IMG/VR virus record: IMGVR_UViG_3300025098_000014
Direction: 5' to 3' (one strand)
DNA from: a virus
DNA: 64,000 bases
How positions within the stretch are numbered: the stretch's first letter is position 1; each line of letters starts with the position of its first letter. A program made the translations under genes and the position numbers. This document shows, piece by piece, positions 8,060 through 17,552 of this stretch. The notes under the pieces were generated by a model. It saw only the letters and a program-made list of their open reading frames with translations. It did not search any database and was not told where the DNA came from.

Positions 8060-9750
8060 AACAAATAATTTCCAATAACAAGATAATCAATATCCATTTT
8101 TGTAAAAGAGGAGATGGCATCCTCTGGAGTTTCAATGATTGGTTCTCCACTCTGATTGAATGAAGTATTCAATAATACTGGTGGTTGAAGTTTAGAAAGG
8201 AGTCGATACATCCTAGCATTCTGTTGCTCATTTACAGTTTGAATTCTACACGACATATCCTTGTGAGTAATTGCCGGAAGTTTCTTAGTGATAGAAGTTT
8301 GAGAATACAACATATACGGACTCACAAAACCAGGATCAAAGTACTCACCAACTTTTTCTTCTAACATTATACCAGCAAAAGGACGCCAGGTCTCTCTCTT
8401 TTTAACCCTATCATTCAGAATATCTTTGTTTTCAGATCTCTTAGGACTCATCAACAATGATCTAGATCCCAAAGACCTAGGACCATATTCTGACCTGCCT
8501 TGGAACCAACCAACGATCTTATTATCATCCAATTCTTTTGCTAGGAATTCGCAGAGATCATCAAAATTATCATAATACTTACAATTTTTTTCTTCTGGAA
8601 CAAAGTCATCATAAGATTTACCTAGTAGTGCAATATTATGTGGCAATTCAATAGTTTCTTTAGATCTATAAGCACCCCAAGCTGCTGCACCAAAATGAAT
8701 TCCAGAGTCATTAGTAAATGGAGGAATATGAATGTTACGGAACAATGGTCTCAATATAGTATTTGCACATACATTAAGGAAAGTTCCTCCAGCAAAACAA
8801 TTATCTTCTTCTAGATAGTCTTTTTTTAATTCATGTATAAAATACTCAAGACTTTTTTCAAACCAATACTGAACATAGTATGCTTTATCTTCTACAGTTC
8901 CCTTCAGATTATTATACAACATTTCATAGTCATAGAAATGCACTTCTGGCATTCCAGTTTCCCAACGATCAATACCAAAATGAGATGTAGGAAACAAAGT
9001 AGATATGCATGTAGGAGGTCCTTGACCTTCTAACAACTTACCATAAGCGGACAACCCCATGATCTTACCTTCTTTTGGAGTTACATCAAAGTTTTGAGCA
9101 AACTGAAGATTTTCTACTACATCAGGTTTTAATTTAGACTCTTGCCGCATTGATTCTTTATGCTTATCATCATAAATCATCTGAGACATATTACAATAGT
9201 ACTCACCAAATGAGTTCATACCTAGATCACCAGTTCCCCTAAAGAATCGGAAGATGCGTTTACTCTTATCAAAATATCCAATACTATTACTTTCACCACC
9301 ACGAGTATGACCACTAGCAAAATCCCAAATCCCACTACCAAGTCCATCAAGAGTTAAGAAACTACCACTATTGAAAGGTGAAGTAAAGACTGTAGATGCT
9401 GCATGGCAAAGATGATGTGACAATAACCAAATCTCAGCATTAGGAAACTGTTCCTTAATGATCCTACTTGCAGTACCATCTACAAGTTGTTTCTGAAATA
9501 TATCAGGATAAGATGTAGGGTAACAAACAACATCAATTTCTTCTTTTGTATATCCACCAAGAACATATTCAATAGACTTATATGGAAAATTACCCTCATC
9601 TTTAATACGAGTCAATCTTTCTTCATTAATGCTTCTAATATGAATTCCATTAATGAACAGAGTTGCTCCTGCATCATGAATATAAGTATCAGGTGTGTCA
9701 AAAAGATTTGCATCCCAATCTAAAGCACCATAGATTCCAATAATTTTCAT
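8050..9750 (-). CDS. O-carbamoyltransferase (CmcH/NodU/TobZ family), full length
   Basis: HDAGA, EERLTRIK, HHLCHAAS, DGLG, EGKIMGLSAYG, GGTFLNVCAN, GRSEYGPRSLGSRS, WRPFA, LLNTSFN, GEPIIETPEDA. Confidence 0.93.
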   Translation of the reverse strand: MKIIGIYGALDWDANLFDTPDTYIHDAGATLFINGIHIRSINEERLTRIKDEGNFPYKSIEYVLGGYTKEEIDVVCYPTSYPDIFQKQLVDGTASRIIKEQFPNAEIWLLSHHLCHAASTVFTSPFNSGSFLTLDGLGSGIWDFASGHTRGGESNSIGYFDKSKRIFRFFRGTGDLGMNSFGEYYCNMSQMIYDDKHKESMRQESKLKPDVVENLQFAQNFDVTPKEGKIMGLSAYGKLLEGQGPPTCISTLFPTSHFGIDRWETGMPEVHFYDYEMLYNNLKGTVEDKAYYVQYWFEKSLEYFIHELKKDYLEEDNCFAGGTFLNVCANTILRPLFRNIHIPPFTNDSGIHFGAAAWGAYRSKETIELPHNIALLGKSYDDFVPEEKNCKYYDNFDDLCEFLAKELDDNKIVGWFQGRSEYGPRSLGSRSLLMSPKRSENKDILNDRVKKRETWRPFAGIMLEEKVGEYFDPGFVSPYMLYSQTSITKKLPAITHKDMSCRIQTVNEQQNARMYRLLSKLQPPVLLNTSFNQSGEPIIETPEDAISSFTKMDIDYLVIGNYLLWN

Positions 9751-10577
9751 TACTCTACCTCATAATTCATAAGAACTAATTCTTTACGATCTTGCTGCTC
9801 CTGCATATATTGACCAACAGATCTCATAGTGTATGTAAGGTCGAACTCAGATGCTTTCCAGTTTTTAAACCTATCCTTTACAAGTTGAGATGAATTATAA
9901 GATATTAATTGATGCCCTTTACACTGATCACAATCAATAGCAAACTTATCGTGACCAAACCTCTTATGCATATCACCCTTATTCCCATAAAGATTATCTT
10001 TGATATCATATGGAGGATCTAGATATGTAAAAACTTCTGGATCATCAGTAAGGAGTTCATCGTAGGAAAGGTTTGTGATCTTCCAATTCTTAATGATCGA
10101 TGAATATCCAGGAATTCTATCAATGCCTCGCATTGAGAAGTTACTTTCGGATGCTTGTTTTGAAAAAGAACTAGATTCAGTAAGACCAGAGAAAGAACAT
10201 TTGTTGACAACATAAAAAGCAACAGCACGAATTAAGTTACTCCTCTCAAGATCATTAACTTTCTCCTTTGAGAACAAAAACAAATCCTTTGCCCTATCTG
10301 GATTAGGATGAAGATTCTTGAGTTTTACTAACTCATCTCGTAACACGATACCATTACTCTGGATCTGTTCCCAAAAGTTAACTAAGGGTTCATATAAATC
10401 ACTTACCCATACTCTAGAGTCTGGATATCTTTTAGACCACTCTATAGCAAATGAACCACCTCCTAGAAAAGGTTCACGAAGTTCATCGTATTTCCTGTTA
10501 GGCAAATACGCAAATAACTTTTGCACTGCTCTAGACTTACCACCAGGATAACGAAGAGGGGTTTTATAAGCTTTCAT
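9750..10577 (-). CDS. dam: DNA adenine methyltransferase (D12/Dam class)
   Basis: PLRYPGGKS, EPFLGGGS, YLDPPY. Confidence 0.93.
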   Translation of the reverse strand: MKAYKTPLRYPGGKSRAVQKLFAYLPNRKYDELREPFLGGGSFAIEWSKRYPDSRVWVSDLYEPLVNFWEQIQSNGIVLRDELVKLKNLHPNPDRAKDLFLFSKEKVNDLERSNLIRAVAFYVVNKCSFSGLTESSSFSKQASESNFSMRGIDRIPGYSSIIKNWKITNLSYDELLTDDPEVFTYLDPPYDIKDNLYGNKGDMHKRFGHDKFAIDCDQCKGHQLISYNSSQLVKDRFKNWKASEFDLTYTMRSVGQYMQEQQDRKELVLMNYEVE

Positions 10578-11518
10578 TTAAATTTACACTCCACCATAAT
10601 TTCTGTCAATGCTGCTAGAAGATTGATCTCTTGATCTGCTACGAACGCAATTTGATATTGATACTTAGCAATAATGAGCACAGCAGCAGCAATGCTAGGA
10701 CCGTCCAAGGATGTAACAAGAGCATCGTAAACACGACGAAGAAGTACACTAGAATCGTTGTCCAAATTAGAAACGACCCACTTCCTAACCGCCTGAAAAT
10801 CTTTGTTCTTGAGTTTTTGAATAAGATCATTTACTTTTATATCTCCAAATTCAGCAAGAATAGCTGAATCTATTTTACCACCAACAGAATATCTTTGGCA
10901 CTCATTTAATACACGACGCCAATCAGGGAAGTGTTTATTGATAAGTTCTAGAAGGACCTTGTTATCATATTCAACACCCTCTGCACCCAAGATTTCTTGG
11001 AGACGCTTGAAGAACTCTGCTGCGATTGCTGGTTTTTTACTTCCGGTGATTCCAAACTCAATGACTGCACATCTGGAGTGGAGTGGTTCGATGAGTTTGT
11101 TTTTGTAGTTGCAGGTGAAGATGAATCTGCAATTGTTATAAAATGCCTCAATGTTTGCCCTAAGGAGGAGCTGTACATCATGGGTTGTGTTGTCAGCTTC
11201 GTCAATGATGATGACTTTGTGGTTAGCATCTGATGAAAGCGAAACGGTCGAAGCAAAGTTCTTTGCTTGATTCCGCACCGTGTCAAGAAATCTTCCTTCA
11301 TCTGATCCATTTATAATTATATAGTCGCAGTTAAGTTGCTCACACATGGCACGAGCAATGGTAGTTTTACCACAACCTGCAGGACCAGCAAGGAGCATGT
11401 TAGGGATCTCACCCTGCTTCAAAAATTCTTTAAATGTATTCTTAGTAGACTCTGGAAGAATACATTCATCAATAGTTTTGGGACGATACTTTTCGACCCA
11501 AAGGAACTCATTACGCAT
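10574..11518 (-). CDS. gp44: Clamp loader large subunit (AAA+)
   Basis: LWVEKYRP, GPAGCGKTT, IIDEAD, LHSRC; start moved to MRNEFL. Confidence 0.97.
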   Translation of the reverse strand: MRNEFLWVEKYRPKTIDECILPESTKNTFKEFLKQGEIPNMLLAGPAGCGKTTIARAMCEQLNCDYIIINGSDEGRFLDTVRNQAKNFASTVSLSSDANHKVIIIDEADNTTHDVQLLLRANIEAFYNNCRFIFTCNYKNKLIEPLHSRCAVIEFGITGSKKPAIAAEFFKRLQEILGAEGVEYDNKVLLELINKHFPDWRRVLNECQRYSVGGKIDSAILAEFGDIKVNDLIQKLKNKDFQAVRKWVVSNLDNDSSVLLRRVYDALVTSLDGPSIAAAVLIIAKYQYQIAFVADQEINLLAALTEIMVECKFK

Positions 11519-11675
11519 AGATGCCATCATAATCAATAATAAATTTGTCCTTTAAGTGCCAGTGAATGTCATCATGCACTTGTTGCATTGCGTTGTGTTT
11601 GATTGCCCAGTAATCATCATCATCGTCGATGAGGACATTGACTTGGGTTTTCACATCAACTCTAATTGCTTTCAT
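11511..11675 (-). CDS. Small hypothetical protein (54 aa, MKAIRVDVKTQVNVLIDDDDDYWAIKHNAMQQ...)
   Basis: Hand-translated; fills the gap and overlaps both neighbours; below the ORF-track cut-off. Confidence 0.7.
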   Translation of the reverse strand: MKAIRVDVKTQVNVLIDDDDDYWAIKHNAMQQVHDDIHWHLKDKFIIDYDGIYA

Positions 11676-12187
11676 CACACCCACTCAGGTTTACGATCTG
11701 GAATACGAAGGTAATTATCACATACCCAAGGCTTAGAAGCAATATACATCTTATAAGCAGTTATAGTATCGATACTGTCATCAAATTTATACTCCTCAGG
11801 CATTGCACGAACGAAAGGAGTATGGTCATCATAACTCACTGTTGGGATAATTGCATCAGCAGCGAGAAGAGTCTTGTAGCAGGTATGATTTTTTCCATAC
11901 CGATTATAATACTCGTCACATAATGCTATACCATGAGCGAGCAACCATCTAGTGTTTGCTACAGTCTCGTTTGCCCAGATAGTGCAAGGGTGATTACGGA
12001 ACGCTCCCTTGTCCGTAGCATAGGGGTTACCGTCTTTCTTAGGCAATGTACCATAACCATGTCCCCACTTGTCTGAGGCGACTATAGAGAGCATCTGGCA
12101 GGTCTCCAGGGGCATCTTGACGATGTGCTTGTCTGGTAGGACAGCAGCAGATTTCCATGGAGACTCATCAGTGACAAAGATATTCAT
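11675..12187 (-). CDS. Pyrimidine-dimer DNA glycosylase/DenV-like family protein
   Basis: MNIF...DKHIVKMPLETCQML, NHPCTIW, LCDEYYNRYGKNH, FVRAMP. Confidence 0.65.
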   Translation of the reverse strand: MNIFVTDESPWKSAAVLPDKHIVKMPLETCQMLSIVASDKWGHGYGTLPKKDGNPYATDKGAFRNHPCTIWANETVANTRWLLAHGIALCDEYYNRYGKNHTCYKTLLAADAIIPTVSYDDHTPFVRAMPEEYKFDDSIDTITAYKMYIASKPWVCDNYLRIPDRKPEWV

Positions 12188-12327
12188 TCAAATACTGCCG
12201 TTACACCCATAATAGTTGCTGAAGGGTTTCTTGCCAATGCAATTTTCCTAGCATCTTGATAATCTGTAGCAATCACAACTTCTTCAAAGACTGTGCCTGC
12301 TTTGTATAGTTGCACTTTGCACTTCAT
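12184..12327 (-). CDS. Small hypothetical protein (47 aa, MKCKVQLYKAGTVFEEVVIATDYQDARKIALARNP...)
   Basis: Hand-translated; ATGA overlap with the downstream gene. Confidence 0.75.
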   Translation of the reverse strand: MKCKVQLYKAGTVFEEVVIATDYQDARKIALARNPSATIMGVTAVFE

Positions 12328-12330
12328 TTA

Positions 12331-13008
12331 TCAACCTTCATAAGTTGAATCTGGCTCGAGTGCGATGTAGTAATCAAGATTATAATCACCACTAGAGTTG
12401 GTAAATTTAGAAAGAAGTTTCTTAGAGATTACAACATCATAAGATCCGTCAATCAGTTTCAGGTTCTCAATTTTAAAGTTGAAATCAAATGTCTTATCAG
12501 TCTTACCAACAATCAAAGCATACTCATTGGAGTTACTATTCTTCTTATCACGAACAGTGAGCGTGATATTTGCACCGTCACCAACAGCAGCAAGATCGGG
12601 CAACTGATACACTGATGCGGCTTTCAGTATGTTTGATAGTTGTGATGACTCCAATTGAAATTGAACATCAATACTAGGAAGTTTGATTTCTTTTTCTGGA
12701 GGAGCGATAATAACATCAGGATCAGCAAAAGCAAACTTAACTTTTGTACTCTTACCTTCACGGAGGATCATGTAGGCATCATGCTTCAGATCAATGTCTG
12801 GATCCCTCATGAGGTCCACACCATTCAAGAATTGAGGAAGATCATAGATGCCAAAGTCTTTCTCAAAGTCCTCACCAACCTCTGCCTCAGCAAGGATATT
12901 CTTCATTACCGAAATGGTACGAAGTTTGGAACCTTTCTTTACCAGAATTGACTGGTTGATAGAAGAAAAGTTTTCCAATAAATTAATAGTTTCTTTAGAA
13001 AGTTTCAT
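12331..13008 (-). CDS. gp45: Sliding clamp
   Basis: MKLSKETINLLENFSSINQSI, FGIYDLPQFL, YYIALE. Confidence 0.96.
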   Translation of the reverse strand: MKLSKETINLLENFSSINQSILVKKGSKLRTISVMKNILAEAEVGEDFEKDFGIYDLPQFLNGVDLMRDPDIDLKHDAYMILREGKSTKVKFAFADPDVIIAPPEKEIKLPSIDVQFQLESSQLSNILKAASVYQLPDLAAVGDGANITLTVRDKKNSNSNEYALIVGKTDKTFDFNFKIENLKLIDGSYDVVISKKLLSKFTNSSGDYNLDYYIALEPDSTYEG

Positions 13009-13480
13009 ATCCACGCTCGATAGTCTCCTGGTCTAAGCCATAAAAGTGATAGAGAAGAACAGCATAATGGATGATCTTCTTGATGTCCATTCTAGCAGAT
13101 CCCTTCTTGTTGTAACGGGATGCATACTTAAGAATGTTGCCACGACAAAACGCAGCACCGTCTCCACAGGATTCAATCAGATCAAGTGTCTGAATGCCGT
13201 TGGAAGCATTGTAATGAGCACGATATGTGCCGGAAATATATTCTTTTACCTCTTCAAGAATTTTGTCTTCGTTATACTTATAAACATTCTTATACGGTTT
13301 GGGTTTTTCAACCTCATCGTTTTGCCTAGGCCAAACAAATCCATCCGCAGTCAATTCATAATCATTTGACTTCTGTTCCGTTTTTTCTGGAGTGTATTCA
13401 AACCCACCATTTTGCTTTACCCATTCAAGTTCGTCTTCAGGACCGTACATTTCGTCATATAAAAGAGACCATGAATTCAT
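12995..13480 (-). CDS. DUF3310-like protein (possible nucleotide kinase family)
   Basis: HY...IQTLDLI...FCRGNILKYASRYNKKG...DIKKIIHYA motif. Confidence 0.6.
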   Translation of the reverse strand: MNSWSLLYDEMYGPEDELEWVKQNGGFEYTPEKTEQKSNDYELTADGFVWPRQNDEVEKPKPYKNVYKYNEDKILEEVKEYISGTYRAHYNASNGIQTLDLIESCGDGAAFCRGNILKYASRYNKKGSARMDIKKIIHYAVLLYHFYGLDQETIERGYETF

Positions 13481-13492
13481 TGTAGCACTTCC

Positions 13493-14083
13493 TCAGTTGA
13501 ATTGCAAGTCAAATATATTAAAACTCATCGAGATTCTAGTCACATCACTTTTGAATGGATAGACGCAATGAGCAAGATCACCAGGAAACATGTATAGATC
13601 TCCTGTTTTCGGTGTTACCTTAGCATATCCAGGGCTAAAGAATGATTTGGCATGGATAAACTCCAGCATACCAGCAGAAAATGTATTAGTTTTATCAACC
13701 CACTGTTCCCGCTCTTTATCAATCTCCTCAGGAACATCAATAAATGCCACCACACTCAGAGTACCGTCATGAACATGCAGAGGATTAAACTCATGCTGTT
13801 TCATATAATTAATCCAAGGACCAGGACCTAGATGATAACTGAACTCTCCACTGCCCTTTTTAACCTGGGTACAGAATTGTATGATGTGGTGTTCAACAAA
13901 ACTGTTGAACGCAGGTTTGTCGTCTACAACTGCCTCATTTTGAATTTGAATATTGCCAGCAAGACCATAACCGACAGATTCACTATCTACAGATTTACTA
14001 GCAATATCCTTGAGCATTGAAAGATGTTCCTCCAATATAGCAGTGTGATATATCGGAGGACCAAAAAAATTAAGAATTGTCAT
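13493..14083 (-). CDS. 2OG-Fe(II) oxygenase family protein
   Basis: WINY...NPLHVH...LSVVAF...GDLYMFPGDLAHCVYP...RISMSFN. Confidence 0.85.
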   Translation of the reverse strand: MTILNFFGPPIYHTAILEEHLSMLKDIASKSVDSESVGYGLAGNIQIQNEAVVDDKPAFNSFVEHHIIQFCTQVKKGSGEFSYHLGPGPWINYMKQHEFNPLHVHDGTLSVVAFIDVPEEIDKEREQWVDKTNTFSAGMLEFIHAKSFFSPGYAKVTPKTGDLYMFPGDLAHCVYPFKSDVTRISMSFNIFDLQFN

Positions 14084-15137
14084 CGGAGTTGTTAATAGTA
14101 AAATCTACATCAGCATCAACTTTATCATAGAGATCAAGGAATGCAATCTTAGTCTCATCATCGAAACGATTCAAACAAACCTCAATGGCTTTCTGCTTAT
14201 CATTCCAGATAGAGTAAGCACGAGCAATGTGAACAAGACGGCGGGTAGAAATAATCTCATCAACTCCACCATCATAAAAAGTCTTACGAATAATATCTGC
14301 CCAGTCTACAAGACGCTTACAGAACTCAATCTCATTACAGTATGACTCAAGAATTTTTTGCTCAAGTTTAGGAGTTGGATATGCCTGCTCAAAGGTTACA
14401 GGGAACCTCTCAAGGAAAGCTTCATTGAGAACATTGGTTCCAATAAACCGACCATCTTCAGAACCCTTACCCTTAGTATTAGCAGTGGCAATGACATTGA
14501 ATCCGTCTGTGGGTGTTACATACTTACCAATCTTCTTCAAGAACACACCCTTGCCTTCAAGGATGGATTGGAGACAGAGGATTTTATTGCTAGCAAGGTC
14601 AACTTCATCGAGTAACAGGATTGCTCCCCTTTCAAGTGCTTCCACGACAGGTCCGTTATGCCAAACAGTTGACCCATCAACAAGACGGAAGCCACCAATA
14701 AGATCGTCTTCATCAGTTTCAATAGTAATGTTTACACGAATCAATTCACGACCAACTTGAGCACATGCTTGCTCAACAGATACGGTTTTACCATTACCTG
14801 ACAACCCGGTAATGAAGCAAGGATAAAAAATACTAGACTTAATAATCTTTTTAATATCAGAGAAGTTACCAAAGGGAATATAGTTAGAATCTCTAGATGG
14901 AATCAAATTATTATTGACTGCTGGTACAGCAGAAGGAGAAACATATGTCTCTTCTAGTTTTTCTTGCAATGTTAGTTCCCATTTCCCACGAGCAGTCTTG
15001 TATTCACCAAGTTTGTTAGCAACGGTTTGATAATTTGCGCCATTCATCTGACACCATGCACGAATATCTGCTGAAAGAATAGACTCCCCATATAAGGACT
15101 GTAGTGAAGAGCGGATAAATTCTGTTGAGAGAGCCAT
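14070..15137 (-). CDS. cobS: CobS-like (MoxR-type) AAA+ ATPase
   Basis: GLSGNGKT, LLLDEVD, ATANTKGKG, NEAFLERF. Confidence 0.9.
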   Translation of the reverse strand: MALSTEFIRSSLQSLYGESILSADIRAWCQMNGANYQTVANKLGEYKTARGKWELTLQEKLEETYVSPSAVPAVNNNLIPSRDSNYIPFGNFSDIKKIIKSSIFYPCFITGLSGNGKTVSVEQACAQVGRELIRVNITIETDEDDLIGGFRLVDGSTVWHNGPVVEALERGAILLLDEVDLASNKILCLQSILEGKGVFLKKIGKYVTPTDGFNVIATANTKGKGSEDGRFIGTNVLNEAFLERFPVTFEQAYPTPKLEQKILESYCNEIEFCKRLVDWADIIRKTFYDGGVDEIISTRRLVHIARAYSIWNDKQKAIEVCLNRFDDETKIAFLDLYDKVDADVDFTINNSDDNS

Positions 15138-15149
15138 GTCGTTTGTTTG

Positions 15150-15214
15150 GTATGTACCTATTATAGAGCAGAGTGAGGCAGAGTCAGGGTAGAGTGTTCA
15201 CTTTTCAAACCGAC
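15150..15214 (-). promoter_or_regulatory. Early-type promoter upstream of cobS
   Basis: TATAATAGGTACATAC (15150-15165), identical to 17487-17502, plus an upstream AAAGTGAACACT element. Confidence 0.6.
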
Positions 15215-15335
15215 CATACTTAAATTTCATTGCAGCTAGCATCCATGCATCTGTTAGTTTCTTAGGACCCTCTAAAAGGACCTTACGGACCTTAGGGTCA
15301 GTTTCACTTTGAAGTGCGATTTCTTTCCAGTTCAT
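15198..15335 (-). CDS. Small hypothetical protein (45 aa, MNWKEIALQSETDPKVRKVLLEGPKKLTDAW...)
   Basis: Hand-translated; ATGA overlap with the stop of the vWA gene. Confidence 0.65.
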   Translation of the reverse strand: MNWKEIALQSETDPKVRKVLLEGPKKLTDAWMLAAMKFKYGRFEK

Positions 15336-17473
15336 GCCACCATAGAAATAAATTCATTCAAGACCCTCTTGTTCATTTTCTTACTAGATAACGACTTCCT
15401 GAAAGCATTTTTAATTTGAGATTTTGATGCATCTTCTTTTACTTCAAACAATGTTTCATTAGAAAGTATTGATCCACCAAGAACAAAGTAAGAATCATAT
15501 CCACAATTTTTTAATGAGAATGATTTAGTCTTCCTCCAAGATACTCTTGCATCTGCTGCTTCATCATAACTATTAGTATACTGATTAATCATGTTAGAGG
15601 ACCCAGTTCCAGATGCGATAATACGAAATCCAAGAATGTTAATATCAGGATAGGTTTCTTTAAGATCATCCAACATACATTTTGTGAATGTATTGTAAAT
15701 ATATGATAGACGCCTAACAGTTCCGGTCTTCAAATTACGGAGAAAGGTGTTATCGCTAATCCTACGATGACGAATAGATTCTTCATGCTCCCAGTTACGG
15801 CGCAATACTACTGTACGGGAAGGGATTGGAGCTTCTCCATCAGTAAGAATAACACAATTTAATTTTTCAACACCGTATCTTTTCTTGAAGTCAGGGATAA
15901 TCTCATGAAGGGTGATAATAGCTTCGTTTAATGGTGTGCCAGAGAGGTACATACGAGGAGGAGTAACACCAGAGTGATCGGTAAACGAAGATGCAATCTT
16001 CCAAATGTTTCTCATCTGAATATCTGCAGTAGAGTTATTTACCTTACTAGTCAAAATGTTGAGCATTGAGAACTCATCATTTATCCAAATAGTTCCTTCT
16101 TTCTTTTCAAGAGAAGAAAATCTACCAGCCTTATAGTTCCACTCTTGAGTAAAAGCATATACATCGTATGGAATACCAACTTTACGGCAGAACCAAATCA
16201 AGCTGTACAACTGTTTAATAGTAGAGAGAAGCACATCTGCCATAGATCCAGACCAATCTAAGACAAAGATAAGTCCATGATTTTTTCCATCAGGAATTAC
16301 AGTTACTTTTTTGAAAAGATCATCATTATACTTATATGAATGCAGTTTAGTGCAATCAAGTACACCAGTACGACTAGTAGTTGCACGAGCATAAGATGAT
16401 GCAGATTTTTTACACTCAAATTCCTTTACAAGATAGTTAACTTCCTTTGCAGATTCTCTCTTAAATTTATTAAAATCAATATCTTGAACTTGCATTCTGG
16501 ATTCTGCATGATGTTTATACCAAGAATGAACATTTTCTTCCATTGCCTCTTGAGCCCATTCTGACCAACAGTTCTGAATATACTCATGTATTTCTTTGGC
16601 AGACACAACACTATGCTTGATATTAATCTCAGGTATTGTTACATAATTGAATTCTTCCTCAGTCATCTTGGCAAGACTTTTCAACTTCTCTTTTAGAGAG
16701 TCCGCTGTTTTAGATTCCGTTTCATCAGTAGCAGTTTCTGCACCATCAGAATCTTCATCTTCTCCCTTTTCAGCAACATTATCAGTGTCTTGCTCACTAT
16801 CTTGCTCGGTGCTGTCTTCAGATTCCCCTTCCTGAGAAGTAGGAGGTGCTGGTTCTGTTGATTGCTGCTCAGACTCTTGAGTAATTCCAGATTGTTGATT
16901 GTCTTCGGGAATATTAGTAACACTTTCGTCATTCACAAGAGTATTAAGAATCTTAGCAGCCATCAAGGCATCATCAAAAGTCTCAGCGTTTGTTGTTGCA
17001 TTAACAACTACCATCTCTTCTTCAGAGAATTTTATATTGATATGGGTGCCAAGTTTAAAATGTAAATTAATTCTATCTGCAAGAGAAAACTTATCTAAAT
17101 CTGCATCTTCAATATCAAAGAAGTCACTATCGTTTAGATCACTATATCCACGGTAAAATGTTTTGGATAGACCGGCATACTTACGCTTCATCAATTTCTC
17201 AATGCGAGCATCCTCAGTAATGTTAACAAATGTCTGAGGGACATCACACCACTCTGGTTCCAGAGACCAGTCTCTAGGGTCCGTGAACAAGGCATGTCCG
17301 ACTTCGTGAGCAACTAGGAGGTCATATACATCCATCGACGATATCTGCCAATTGGGGAGGGTTAGGACCCGGCGAACAACATCAAACTGAGCCGTCTCAA
17401 CAGTGCGATGCTCAACGATCAAATTTTCAGTAGCGAGTAGTTTAGCAACTTTACCTTTGATCTCTTGAAGCAT
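15332..17473 (-). CDS. CobT-like vWA (MIDAS) protein with an N-terminal HExxH metallopeptidase-like domain
   Basis: HEVGHAL and EDARIEK; acidic linker; VLDWSGSM, SGTPL, ILTDGE. Confidence 0.85.
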   Translation of the reverse strand: MLQEIKGKVAKLLATENLIVEHRTVETAQFDVVRRVLTLPNWQISSMDVYDLLVAHEVGHALFTDPRDWSLEPEWCDVPQTFVNITEDARIEKLMKRKYAGLSKTFYRGYSDLNDSDFFDIEDADLDKFSLADRINLHFKLGTHINIKFSEEEMVVVNATTNAETFDDALMAAKILNTLVNDESVTNIPEDNQQSGITQESEQQSTEPAPPTSQEGESEDSTEQDSEQDTDNVAEKGEDEDSDGAETATDETESKTADSLKEKLKSLAKMTEEEFNYVTIPEINIKHSVVSAKEIHEYIQNCWSEWAQEAMEENVHSWYKHHAESRMQVQDIDFNKFKRESAKEVNYLVKEFECKKSASSYARATTSRTGVLDCTKLHSYKYNDDLFKKVTVIPDGKNHGLIFVLDWSGSMADVLLSTIKQLYSLIWFCRKVGIPYDVYAFTQEWNYKAGRFSSLEKKEGTIWINDEFSMLNILTSKVNNSTADIQMRNIWKIASSFTDHSGVTPPRMYLSGTPLNEAIITLHEIIPDFKKRYGVEKLNCVILTDGEAPIPSRTVVLRRNWEHEESIRHRRISDNTFLRNLKTGTVRRLSYIYNTFTKCMLDDLKETYPDINILGFRIIASGTGSSNMINQYTNSYDEAADARVSWRKTKSFSLKNCGYDSYFVLGGSILSNETLFEVKEDASKSQIKNAFRKSLSSKKMNKRVLNEFISMVA

Positions 17474-17486
17474 GGTTCTGTCTCTC

Positions 17487-17552
17487 GTATGTACCTATTA
17501 TAAAACCCCTGACAGTAGTCAGAGGTCTTTAGTGGACAGTTTGTAATGTGTC
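17487..17552 (-). promoter_or_regulatory. Early-type promoter upstream of the vWA gene
   Basis: TATAATAGGTACATAC plus upstream GACACATTACAAACTGTCCACT imperfect inverted element. Confidence 0.6.

Noticed and set aside
14070-15137. cobS as evidence for phage cobalamin biosynthesis
   Set aside because: It is a MoxR-type ATPase paired with a vWA protein; no other cob genes in the window
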